A stretch of DNA of 64,000 nucleotides from Candidatus Latescibacterota bacterium (lineage in GTDB: Bacteria > Latescibacterota > UBA2968 > UBA8231), in the NCBI GenBank assembly GCA_965248265.1, contig CBDFJF010000002.1:3456001-3520000 (forward strand), written 5' to 3'. Positions within the stretch are counted from its first letter, which is position 1. Each line of letters opens with the position of its first letter. Shown here one piece after another: positions 39,435 through 48,468 of the stretch. The position numbers and the translations under genes were made by a program. The notes beneath the pieces are model-generated. The model had not been told where the DNA came from. It searched no databases and was given only the letters and a program-made list of their open reading frames with translations.

Positions 39435-39953
39435 TCAATACTGGAGTGCTGCCTCGATTCGGTAGCCCTGCAGCAGCTCCCGTCCGTTGAGAGCTACCAG
39501 CTCGATCAGGAATCCGATCCCGATGACCTGGGCGCCTAGTTCCTCCATGAGCCGGCACGAGCAGGCCATGGTACCTCCAGTCGCCAACACGTCGTCGATG
39601 AGCAAAATGCGCTGCCCCGCTGTGACCGCATCCTCATGGATTTCAATTTCCGCGGTTCCGTACTCCAGCTCATAGGTCGCTTTCACTGTTCCAAAAGGCA
39701 GTTTTCCGGCCTTGCGAATCGGGACGAACCCCTTGCCCAGATGCAGGGCCATGGCCGCCCCGAAAATGAAACCGCGGGCCTCGACCCCTACCACCAGGTC
39801 GAACTCGTCCCCATCTGCAAACATCCCGGCCATCCCCTTCGTCGCCTGCGCGAACCCGTCGGGATCACGCAAGAGAGGCGTGATGTCGCGAAACAGGATG
39901 CCAGGTTTGGGAAAATCCGGAATGTCACGGATCAGCTGTTTCAGATCAGACAA
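39435..39953 (-). CDS. apt: Adenine phosphoribosyltransferase
   Basis: PDFPKPGILFRDITPL, EARGF, IRKAGKLP, YELEYG, IDDVLATGGT. Confidence 0.97.
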   Translation of the reverse strand: MSDLKQLIRDIPDFPKPGILFRDITPLLRDPDGFAQATKGMAGMFADGDEFDLVVGVEARGFIFGAAMALHLGKGFVPIRKAGKLPFGTVKATYELEYGTAEIEIHEDAVTAGQRILLIDDVLATGGTMACSCRLMEELGAQVIGIGFLIELVALNGRELLQGYRIEAALQY

Positions 39954-40062
39954 GAGCTCGTTCCCAATAGACGGAAAAATCCTCGTAACCTACTGTGTTA
40001 AATTAAGATGGCTCATTGTTCAGAGTCAAACGGTCCAGTCACCGGGGCTGTCTTCAGTGCGG

Positions 40063-40224
40063 CTAAAAGAGGGTGTATATGAAGGGCGCGACGGCTGAGC
40101 CCTCTGTGAGGACGATCAGGGTTCCGAGAAGAAACAAGGTCATGAATATGGGCCCGAGCCACCACTTCTTTCGCACCTTCATGAAGGCCCAGAACTCACG
40201 CAGCAGGTCTAATCTACTCGCCAT
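40063..40224 (-). CDS. DUF5989-family small membrane protein
   Basis: RKKWWLGPI...SAVAPFIYTLF; AGAGGA before ATG 40224. Confidence 0.85.
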   Translation of the reverse strand: MASRLDLLREFWAFMKVRKKWWLGPIFMTLFLLGTLIVLTEGSAVAPFIYTLF

Positions 40225-40243
40225 GGTTTTTTTCCTCTTGTCC

Positions 40244-41188
40244 TTAATCCAGGAGCCGGCTAACGGACTCGCCGTGATGGATCGCTTTGATGGCATCGCC
40301 GAAGAGCCGCCCCACTGATATGACCTCGATCTTGGAGGAAGTCTTGTCGTCGGGAAGCGGAATGGTGTTGGTTTTCAGGAACACTTCCACCGGCGACTTC
40401 TCGATATTCTCGATAGCCGATCCGGAAAAAACGCCGTGAGTGCAGCCTGCCATGATGCGGCGAGCGCCTCTCTTCTTCAGCAAGCGGATCGCCTCCATCA
40501 TCGACCCCCCTGTCAGTACCTCATCGTCGAAAAGCAATGCGTCCTTGCCCTCGATGTCACCGATCACATTGAGAACTTCCGCCTTCTCGTCGTCCGCCTT
40601 TCGCCTCTTGTCCATGATGGCCAGCGGCAGATCCAGCACGCGGGCGTAGTAATTTGCTTCATCCGCGCTGCCAACGTCCGGTGAGACGACGACGGCATTC
40701 CCCAGATCCTGGGTCTGCAACAGATGGTCGCACAGAAGGTTCGTGGCCCATAGTTGATCCACTGGGATTCGTGAAAAGGCGACGATCTGTGGCGAGTGCA
40801 AGGTCATCGTCAGGATGCGGTCCGCGCCTGCGGTCTCCAGCAGGTCGGCGACCAGGCGAGCACTGATAGAAATCCGAGGCTCGTCTTTCTTGTCAGAGCG
40901 CACGTAGGGATAGTACGGCAGGACGGCGGTCACTCGGCGCGCAGAGGCGTACTTCAAGGCATCGATGATCAGCAGGAGCTCGAGAAAGTTGTCGTTTACC
41001 GGTGGGCACGAAGTCTGGATGACGAAGACATCATCCTCTCGCACGTTTTCACAGATGCGAACCTTGAGATTGTCGTTGGCCCCTTGCTCGATGTCGAGAC
41101 GCCCTGGGGCGCAGTCCAGGTACGTGCAGATCTCCTCTGCGAGTTCGGGATTGCTGCTGCCGGACATGATCTTCAGGTAGTTCTTCAC
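40244..41188 (-). CDS. prs: Ribose-phosphate pyrophosphokinase
   Basis: YVRSDKK, VSPDVG, MDKRR, DDEVLTGGS, THGVFS. Confidence 0.9.
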   Translation of the reverse strand: MKNYLKIMSGSSNPELAEEICTYLDCAPGRLDIEQGANDNLKVRICENVREDDVFVIQTSCPPVNDNFLELLLIIDALKYASARRVTAVLPYYPYVRSDKKDEPRISISARLVADLLETAGADRILTMTLHSPQIVAFSRIPVDQLWATNLLCDHLLQTQDLGNAVVVSPDVGSADEANYYARVLDLPLAIMDKRRKADDEKAEVLNVIGDIEGKDALLFDDEVLTGGSMMEAIRLLKKRGARRIMAGCTHGVFSGSAIENIEKSPVEVFLKTNTIPLPDDKTSSKIEVISVGRLFGDAIKAIHHGESVSRLLD

Positions 41189-41225
41189 TGGCTCTGGTTC
41201 CCTGCAATGAGATTAACTGATGGTA

Positions 41226-42227
41226 TCACGGCAGTGATGGGGCTACTTCCTTGGCAAAATAGGTCAGTATCATGTCGGCCCCCGCTCTCTTGATTGACAA
41301 CAGCACCTCATCCCGGATCCTCACCTCATCTACCCACCCGCGCTGTGCGGCCGCTTTGATCATGGAAAACTCACCACTGACATTGTAGGCGGCCAGAGGG
41401 GCGTCAAAGCGGTCCCGAGCTTCTCGCAGGACGTCCAGATATGCCAGCGCTGGCTTGACGATAGCCATGTCTGCTCCCTCCTCCAGATCCAGCTCGATCT
41501 CCCGCATGGCCTCCCGCACATTGGCGGGATCCATCTGGTATCCACGACGATCACCAAACTGAGGTGTCGATCCGGCAGCCTCCCTGAAAGGGCCGTAAAA
41601 GGCTGAAGCGTACTTGGCCGCGTAGGCCATGATCGGAACCGCCTGATGGTCGTGGCGATCGAGTTCCTGACGAATGACCCCGACGCGGCCGTCCATCATA
41701 TCAGAGGGAGCGATTACGTCGGCTCCGGCGTCGGCGTACACCACCGACTCGCGCGCCAGCAACTCGACGGTACGGTCATTGTCGACTTCGTCTCCGTCAA
41801 GGAGTCCACAGTGGCCGTGGTCCGTGTACTCGCACAGGCAAACATCGGCTATCAAGAGCAGTTCAAGTTTGCTCCCCTTTAACGCCCGCAGAGCCATGGG
41901 CACGATGCCAGCGGGATCATAGCCCCCGCTCCCTACGGGGTCCTTCTCAGGGGGAATGCCAAACAGGATGACCGCCGGAATACCGAGGTCGGCAACCGTC
42001 CTGCATTCTTTCACTAGTTCGTCGACGGACAACTGGAAATGACCGGGCATGGCCTCGATCGGACGGCGCACGCCTTCACCGGGACAGACGAACAGAGGCA
42101 GTATCAGGTCGTCCCGTCGCAGGTGGGTCTCCCGCGCCATGGAGCGAATCAGGGCATTCTGTCGCAAGCGGCGCGGACGTTCCGGTCCGATGCCGGTGTC
42201 AGATCTAATGTTGTCTTGTTTTTCCAT
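41226..42227 (-). CDS. hemB: Porphobilinogen synthase (Zn-type)
   Basis: RPRRLR, CLCEYTDHGHC, PSDMMDGR, FYGPFREA, VKP. Confidence 0.97.
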   Translation of the reverse strand: MEKQDNIRSDTGIGPERPRRLRQNALIRSMARETHLRRDDLILPLFVCPGEGVRRPIEAMPGHFQLSVDELVKECRTVADLGIPAVILFGIPPEKDPVGSGGYDPAGIVPMALRALKGSKLELLLIADVCLCEYTDHGHCGLLDGDEVDNDRTVELLARESVVYADAGADVIAPSDMMDGRVGVIRQELDRHDHQAVPIMAYAAKYASAFYGPFREAAGSTPQFGDRRGYQMDPANVREAMREIELDLEEGADMAIVKPALAYLDVLREARDRFDAPLAAYNVSGEFSMIKAAAQRGWVDEVRIRDEVLLSIKRAGADMILTYFAKEVAPSLP

Positions 42228-43180
42228 CAGCTTTCCGTCTCATCCCCGCCGGCAGAGGCGGCTGGGCGCAATGCCTGTTGCGGCATGGCTTGGAGTTCAC
42301 TGTACTCCCGCACCTCCTCTGCGACCCGTACCGTCCAGCTCCAGAATGGATCATCCAGTCGCAACTTCAACGTAGCGGGCTGTCCGTTCAACACCGCCAT
42401 CGGGTTTCCCGACGGGAACAGGACATTCTCCCAACTCGAACCGGCAATCGGTGGCTGAGTCGACAGGAAGGAGCGGTCCTCGTACCCGGCCTTGAACCAT
42501 CCCATCCATCCGCTAAGCTGGCCGGAGCGGGTCATTTCGATGGTGGCAACTCCTTCAAGTACTTTCGCGGCGGAACCGGTGCGGAAGTCGCAGCGAAAAA
42601 CATGCACACCTTCGGCCAAGAGTTGAGATGGATCAGCCCACATGTGGATCGGACGGTGCTGGGACAGATTCGACAAAGGCGTAAAGTCCAAACCATGCTC
42701 TACCGCCAATACTCGCTGCCAGCGCCCCTGAGTTTCCCCTTCTTCCGTTGGCGCAACATACAGGTCCAGCCAGGACGGAAGCAGGCGGCCTCCTGGTTTG
42801 AGGAAGCGTTCACGCGCATCGCTCAGCACAGGAATGATACTTTCCTCGAGGCCGAACGAACCGATCAACTCTGCAACCACCAGATCGACTCGTTCCGGAA
42901 GTTCGACCTGCGTGGAGTGCCCCTTCAGGAAGCGAATCTGCTCGGTCGAGATACCGTTCACAGCAACCACTTCCTCCGCCACATTGACGATATCCCCCTG
43001 CTCGATCGCATACACCCTGGAGGCTCCCAGTTGTATCGCAAAAAGAGCCAGAAGCCCGGTTCCCGTGCCAATATCCAGTACCACATCTCCCGGATGCACC
43101 GCCTCCGAGAGCGCTGTGCGAAAGGCATTGACGCGATCCAGGTCGGCGAGCATTTCGCGGTGCCAATCGATCTCCGACAA
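42227..43180 (-). CDS. Protein arginine methyltransferase (PRMT)-like SAM-dependent methyltransferase
   Basis: HREMLADLDR, VLDIGTGTG, VYAIE, ELIGSFGLEE, FLKPGG; TTG start inferred. Confidence 0.8.
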   Translation of the reverse strand: MSEIDWHREMLADLDRVNAFRTALSEAVHPGDVVLDIGTGTGLLALFAIQLGASRVYAIEQGDIVNVAEEVVAVNGISTEQIRFLKGHSTQVELPERVDLVVAELIGSFGLEESIIPVLSDARERFLKPGGRLLPSWLDLYVAPTEEGETQGRWQRVLAVEHGLDFTPLSNLSQHRPIHMWADPSQLLAEGVHVFRCDFRTGSAAKVLEGVATIEMTRSGQLSGWMGWFKAGYEDRSFLSTQPPIAGSSWENVLFPSGNPMAVLNGQPATLKLRLDDPFWSWTVRVAEEVREYSELQAMPQQALRPAASAGGDETES

Positions 43181-43199
43181 GGTAGCTATTTTTCTCGTG

Positions 43200-44390
43200 T
43201 CAAATACTGTCCAGAGCTGCCACAATATCCGCGATGAGATCGTCGAAATCCTCAATCCCCACAGCATAGCGTACAAGCTGGTCCGTAATGCCGATTTCCT
43301 GTCGCGCTTCCCAACTCAGATCGGAGTAGGAAACGGTAGCTGGATGCGAGACCAGGGTCTCCGCTCCCCCGAGACTGGGGGCCAGGTAGGGAATCTTTAG
43401 AGCGTGGATGAATGCCCGTGTGCGGTCGAGATCGCCGTCTATGTCGAAGCTGACGACACCACCGTAGCCATTCATCTGCTGTCGAGCCACCTCGTGATCC
43501 GGATGAGACTCATGGCCCGGGTAGTAGACGCGCTTGATTTTCTTATGCGGTGCGAGGAAGTCGGCGATGCGGCTGGCGGTTTCATTCTGTCTAGCCACGC
43601 GGAGTGCCAGCGTCTTGAGGCCCCGGATCAGAAGATAGGCGCTGTTCGGATCGCCGATCGTTCCGATGATATCCCTGAATTCCTTGATCGCGCCAATGAT
43701 CGCCGATTTTCCAGCCACCGATCCGGCCATCAGGTCGTTGTGTCCTCCGAGGTACTTGGTAGCGCTGTGGAAAACCAAATCGACACCGAAATCGAGGGGG
43801 CGTTGATTGATCGGTGTGGCGAAGGTGCTGTCGATGAGGACCTTGAGGCGTTTGCTCTTGGCGAAGGGGACGAGTTTCTCCAGGTCGACTACATGCAAGT
43901 GGGGATTGGTCGGCGATTCGGTGAAGATCAGTCTGGTCTCCGGGCGGATCGCAGCCTCCAGCGCCTGGAAATCACCCGGACTCACACCAGTGCACTCGAT
44001 ATTGAACTTACCCAGCACATCGCACAGCTGGACTGTCCGCCGATAACAGTCTTCCATGATGACGAGATGTTGCCCGCTGCGCAGCATTCCGAACAGCACG
44101 GTCGTGATCGCGCTCATGCCGGAAGAAAACAGCAATGCGCTTTCGGCGCCCTCGAGATCGGCGAGCTTGCTCTCCGCCACTTTTACCGTCGGGTTTCCGT
44201 AGCGCCCGTATTCATGACTGGAGGCCTTGCCAGCTTTGAAGTCAATGAACTCGTCCAGGTCGTCGAAAACGTAGGTTGCCGTCTGCGCGATCGCATTGGT
44301 GACCGACTTGGCTGGTTTGACCCGGTCCTCTCCTCCATGCACGGACCGTGTCGAGCTCCCGCCAGGTAGATGATTATTCGTATCGCTCAT
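43200..44390 (-). CDS. metB: Cystathionine gamma-synthase (plant-like)
   Basis: EYGRYGNPT, FSSGMSA, ESPTNP, DSTFATP, SATKYLGGHND. Confidence 0.85.
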   Translation of the reverse strand: MSDTNNHLPGGSSTRSVHGGEDRVKPAKSVTNAIAQTATYVFDDLDEFIDFKAGKASSHEYGRYGNPTVKVAESKLADLEGAESALLFSSGMSAITTVLFGMLRSGQHLVIMEDCYRRTVQLCDVLGKFNIECTGVSPGDFQALEAAIRPETRLIFTESPTNPHLHVVDLEKLVPFAKSKRLKVLIDSTFATPINQRPLDFGVDLVFHSATKYLGGHNDLMAGSVAGKSAIIGAIKEFRDIIGTIGDPNSAYLLIRGLKTLALRVARQNETASRIADFLAPHKKIKRVYYPGHESHPDHEVARQQMNGYGGVVSFDIDGDLDRTRAFIHALKIPYLAPSLGGAETLVSHPATVSYSDLSWEARQEIGITDQLVRYAVGIEDFDDLIADIVAALDSI

Positions 44391-44395
44391 ACGCT

Positions 44396-45757
44396 TCAGC
44401 GTGTTTGTGTGAGTGAGATGCTCTCGATCGATTGCATTACCTTGTCACGAACGTGGTCGTAGTCGGCATCTACCTCGACCGGCTGGTTGGCGTGTTTGGA
44501 AGTCACGTCGAACTTCTCTGTCAGGGCGCCGGCGTGATAGTCGGTCTTGAATTTCGGGAACTTCAATCCATGGGCCGTGGACACGACAACGACCTTGCTG
44601 CCACGAGCTATGACCTTACGATCCACGAGCTTGAGCAACGCAGCCAACGCTACTCCAGTGTGGGGACAGGTAAACAAGCCAGTCCGATCAGCCTGTGCAC
44701 AGGCGTTGGCGAGTTCGTCTTCCGTGGCGTGTTCGACAATGCCCTCGAACTGTTTGAGGGTTAGGATGGCTCGCTCGGCGCTTACCGGGTTGCCAATTTG
44801 AATGGCGCTGGCCAGCGTATCCTTTGCCTGCTGCGCCTCGAATACTTCGAAACCCTTCAGGTAGCTCTGGTAAAGTGGATCCGCGTTGGCCGCCTGAGCC
44901 ACGACGAGCCCGGGAAGACGGTCGATGATGCCCATCGCCTTCATCTCGAGGAATCCCTTACCCAGCGCACTGACGTTTCCAAGATTGCCCCCTGGGATGA
45001 CGATCCAATCAGGTACGTTCCAATCATCCTGCTGAGTCAACTCGACGGCGACAGTCTTCTGCCCCTCGATCCGAAGAGAGTTCATCGAGTTGGCAAGATA
45101 GATGTTCTCCTCGCGGCAAACTCGTTGAACCAATTGCATGCAACCATCGAAGTCGGTGCGCAGAGAAAGTGTTGTGGCGCCGTTGGCAATCGGTTGAATG
45201 AGTTGAGACAGCGACACGAGATCCTTGGGGAGAAAGACAATCACCGGTATGCCCGCAGCAGCTCCGTAGGCCGCCAACGCAGCGGAGGTGTCGCCGGTTG
45301 ATGCGCAGGCGATGGCGGGAACCTCCTGCCCGTCCGAGCGCATCTGCTTGACCATCGAAACAAGGACCGTCATGCCCAGATCCTTGAACGAACCTGTGTG
45401 GCTGTTGCCGCACTGCTTCACCCACAGTTCATCGATGCCAATTTCGTTGCCAAGACGCTCGGCCCACAGCAGGTTACTGCCCCCTTCGTACATCGAAACG
45501 ATGTTGTCATCGTCCACGACCGGACAGACCATCTCTTTCTTGCCCCACACCGAACTGCCGTACGGGAAGGTCGTACGCATATAGCGGCGGTCGAAGAGCT
45601 GTCGCCACTGCGAACCGGTTCTCACTGTCCGCAGGATGTCGAGCCCCTGTTGCACCTGCAACAGACTGCCGCAGCGCTGACACTCATACACGATTTCGCC
45701 AAGGGGATAGCGTTCTTCCGGGCACCTAATGCACTGGAACCAGGCGTCGTAGTCCAT
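44396..45757 (-). CDS. thrC: Threonine synthase (plant-like)
   Basis: HTGSFKDLGM, CASTGDTSAAL, NSMNSLRIEGQKT, PGGNLGN. Confidence 0.95.
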   Translation of the reverse strand: MDYDAWFQCIRCPEERYPLGEIVYECQRCGSLLQVQQGLDILRTVRTGSQWRQLFDRRYMRTTFPYGSSVWGKKEMVCPVVDDDNIVSMYEGGSNLLWAERLGNEIGIDELWVKQCGNSHTGSFKDLGMTVLVSMVKQMRSDGQEVPAIACASTGDTSAALAAYGAAAGIPVIVFLPKDLVSLSQLIQPIANGATTLSLRTDFDGCMQLVQRVCREENIYLANSMNSLRIEGQKTVAVELTQQDDWNVPDWIVIPGGNLGNVSALGKGFLEMKAMGIIDRLPGLVVAQAANADPLYQSYLKGFEVFEAQQAKDTLASAIQIGNPVSAERAILTLKQFEGIVEHATEDELANACAQADRTGLFTCPHTGVALAALLKLVDRKVIARGSKVVVVSTAHGLKFPKFKTDYHAGALTEKFDVTSKHANQPVEVDADYDHVRDKVMQSIESISLTQTR

Positions 45758-45772
45758 GGTCGATGGCCCTGT

Positions 45773-45797
45773 TTACTCTGGTGGCTTACTCTGGTGG
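45773..45797. repeat. 12-bp direct repeat upstream of thrC
   Basis: TTACTCTGGTGG-C-TTACTCTGGTGG. Confidence 0.7.
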
Positions 45798-45891
45798 TTT
45801 GACTTGGGCGGGTCGTCAGTTCCTGTCTGCGCAATGTCAAATCTATCCCCACGATTGGACAGCGGCAAGTTCCTGCGGTCTGGCCGTATCG

Positions 45892-45930
45892 AAAAAAAAC
45901 AGCGCACCACCATTCAAGGTGATGCGCTGT
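45892..45930 (-). terminator. Rho-independent terminator after the acidic protein gene
   Basis: ACAGCGCA...TGCGCTGT stem followed by T8 on the minus strand. Confidence 0.8.
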
Positions 45931-45988
45931 ATAACGGGTACGCTGGGACCGTCAACTCATGGGACGTCCATTGCCCATGCCTGCGATC

Positions 45989-47206
45989 CTAGCCGAAAAG
46001 CGCGTCGATTTCGTCCTGGCTGATCGACTCTTCGTCGTCTTCGGAGTCTGCGTCTCCCGTATCATCATCTTCTTCAGCGGCGATCTCTTCTCCATCGCCA
46101 TCTTCACCGCCGCCATCTTCATCGAGCAGAGCACTCATCTCGTCCTCTGAGATGCCAGCTCCGTCCGTGTCCTCTTCCTCCTCTGACTCTTGGATCAATT
46201 CTGCCAGGTCTTCCTCGCCGTCGTCTTCTTCTTCCTCCTCCTCGAACAAGCCATCCAGCTCGACGTCTTCCTCTTCGTCCTCCGAGGAAGCGTCATCTGA
46301 TTCTGGTGCCTCTTCTTCGAGGAGATCTCCCAGATCCACATCCTCGTCGGCCATGTCGTCGTCGTCAACGCCTTCCATGAGCTCGGCCAACTCCTCGTCA
46401 GAGGAGTCGTCCTCATCTGAATCTCCGTCTCCTGTATCGGCGGCGTCCTCGTCGACTTCGACCTCTTCAATCTCCTCTTCTTCAATCTCTTCTTCACCGT
46501 CGGCGGTCTCAGCCTCGCTCACGGCTGCTTCGCCTACATCTGCCTGTTCCAGCGCTTCCGCCGCTTCCATCGCGGCCGCGGCTTCAAGCGCGTCGTCCTC
46601 GTCCAAATCCTCCGACTCATCGATCATCTCTGCACCGATGGAGTCCACGTTTTCCTCCTCCTCGACTCCTTCCTCCTCTATCTCGATCTCCTCCTCAAGT
46701 TCAAATTCCTCGTCGTCCTCTTCATCCTCCTCGAAGAGTTCGTCGATATCCTGAACCGTTTCAGTGGATCCGGAGCCGGCTTCGAAAAGAGCATCGATAT
46801 CGCCTTCCTCGGAAGGCTCTGTATCGTCGAACAAGGTATCAAGGTCACTCTGGTCAACGGATTCGAGGGCCTCTTGCTCTTGAGGCAGCATCGAGGGAGT
46901 TTCGGCTATGGAAAGAGCACCCTCTGTGCCCCCCAGCAGACCACGCAGTGATTCGAACTCGCTGTGAAGCTTGTCCCACTGATCCGCCGTCGAAGACTCG
47001 GACAGGACACCAGCGCTACGCCGCACAAATTCGATGACGTGATTCATGTGTGGAAACGCGTCTTCGAAGACAAGAAGGTAAGCCTGGACCTTTTCGTCGT
47101 GAATATTCTTCTTGATTTGATCAAACCAGAGGTTGTTAAACAGTTTCGCCAGGGCCTCGAGAGCCTCCAGGCGGCTGACCACCTCTTGTAGTTCTTCTTT
47201 GTTCAT
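45989..47206 (-). CDS. Highly acidic low-complexity protein with repeated D-I-D-x-L-F-type motifs
   Basis: Helical N-terminus of about 100 aa, D/E-rich tail ending ISQDEIDALFG. Confidence 0.85.
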   Translation of the reverse strand: MNKEELQEVVSRLEALEALAKLFNNLWFDQIKKNIHDEKVQAYLLVFEDAFPHMNHVIEFVRRSAGVLSESSTADQWDKLHSEFESLRGLLGGTEGALSIAETPSMLPQEQEALESVDQSDLDTLFDDTEPSEEGDIDALFEAGSGSTETVQDIDELFEEDEEDDEEFELEEEIEIEEEGVEEEENVDSIGAEMIDESEDLDEDDALEAAAAMEAAEALEQADVGEAAVSEAETADGEEEIEEEEIEEVEVDEDAADTGDGDSDEDDSSDEELAELMEGVDDDDMADEDVDLGDLLEEEAPESDDASSEDEEEDVELDGLFEEEEEEDDGEEDLAELIQESEEEEDTDGAGISEDEMSALLDEDGGGEDGDGEEIAAEEDDDTGDADSEDDEESISQDEIDALFG

Positions 47207-47639
47207 GATTTCTGCCCCTGAGTAGTCGGCATCTCAGTGTCACTTTGGACGGTTGCCAAAGCATTCCAACCCGCCGTAGACTTCCCCGCGCTTGCTTCAG
47301 CAAGATCTGTACCGCGACTTCCAGGGTTCGCTATCGACTCCCACGGTGACTGGTGTGGAACACGATGATGTCGTTGTGACATCGCCGCACTCCATATCTT
47401 GGGGTGTGGGCATCATGACCGGCCAAGATCATCAACCTGAGACGGCCGGTACATATTTCCCGAGTGCCCCAACCAACGGACAAGCTTCCTCCTCCCCTTC
47501 CCCACCATTGCGACAACTCCAACGGCCACAGGTCCTTGTCTGACCTAATATAATAACACCGAAGGCCTCGCCGACCCACTTTTTCCCTGACCTGCCCGAA
47601 TCGGGTCGCGATGGGGATTGAATCAAGGCTTTTCCCTCC

Positions 47640-48221
47640 TCAGCTGGGTGAATGCGTAGGTGGTGGGTGGGGACTCAATAGCGGCCTGATCAGCGGTATT
47701 CGAAGAGCGACGACGGATATAATGGTCTCTGGAAAGACATAGCTGGCGTTGTAGAGCAGAGAGAACTGCCACACTGGAGTCCCTTCGGGCGCCAAATGAG
47801 CGAAATAGAGCATTCCCGATACGAAATGCATCCCAAACCGGACAACACTCGCCAGCACAACAGAGATGGCCACCATCAGGCTCGATGGAGCCAGGGATGT
47901 GCTGGTTCGAGAGATTGATGTCGCCACACCCGCTATCCCCAGAGCACCGAAGGCGAGCGGGTAATCGAGCAGAACTTGGAGAGGATGCAGAAAGAAAGGC
48001 CCGAGCGCGAAATTTACGGCGCTGTAGGCTGCTCCGACCATGATTCCCCGTCTGGTGCCGTGACGGATGGCGACAACGAGGATGGGGAGGGCGTGCAGGC
48101 TGATCGATCCTCCATACAGCAGGTGGGGTAGTTTCAGCTTGAAGAGTCCCAGAACAGCGGCCAGAGCAGTCGCCACGGCTATTTCTGCCAACATCCTGGT
48201 GTCTACGGAGCTTGATTTCAT
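47640..48221 (-). CDS. thiT: ThiT (YuaJ)-family ECF S-component, putative thiamine transporter
   Basis: LAEIAV, GGSISL, HPLQVLLDYPLAF, HFVSG, SLLYNASY. Confidence 0.85.
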   Translation of the reverse strand: MKSSSVDTRMLAEIAVATALAAVLGLFKLKLPHLLYGGSISLHALPILVVAIRHGTRRGIMVGAAYSAVNFALGPFFLHPLQVLLDYPLAFGALGIAGVATSISRTSTSLAPSSLMVAISVVLASVVRFGMHFVSGMLYFAHLAPEGTPVWQFSLLYNASYVFPETIISVVALRIPLIRPLLSPHPPPTHSPS

Positions 48222-48377
48222 GCCATCCCGCAAACGCAATCGATTGTGTAAGAATGAATTAACGAAAATAGGGGGACGAGTTGCAAGAGCCACTACCGTG
48301 AGAGCCGGACCCCGAATGTAAATGGCCGAAGAAATCACCAATCTCGCGAAACCCTGACTGCGTTCAGACGTCCTTAT

Positions 48378-48460
48378 GGACGCGAGCCTTACCGGTCTAG
48401 GCTCGCGCCCTCCCTTGCGGCCAGAAGCGGCACAGTCACACCTTTTCCGTTTCTGGCCGC
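48378..48460. promoter_or_regulatory. Two adjacent stem-loops upstream of thiT
   Basis: GGACGCGAGCCT/AGGCTCGCGCCC and GCGGCCAGAAGCGG/CCGTTTCTGGCCGC. Confidence 0.5.
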
Positions 48461-48468
48461 ATCTTTTT

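Noticed and set aside
32969-44369. Long antisense ORFs (e.g. 32969-33994, 42278-43237, 43404-44369; likewise 15580-16773)
   Set aside because: Shadow frames of well-supported genes in GC-rich DNA, with no motifs.
45758-45988. SAM riboswitch or T-box upstream of thrC-metB
   Set aside because: Conserved cores not found; the hairpin present is explained as the upstream gene's terminator.
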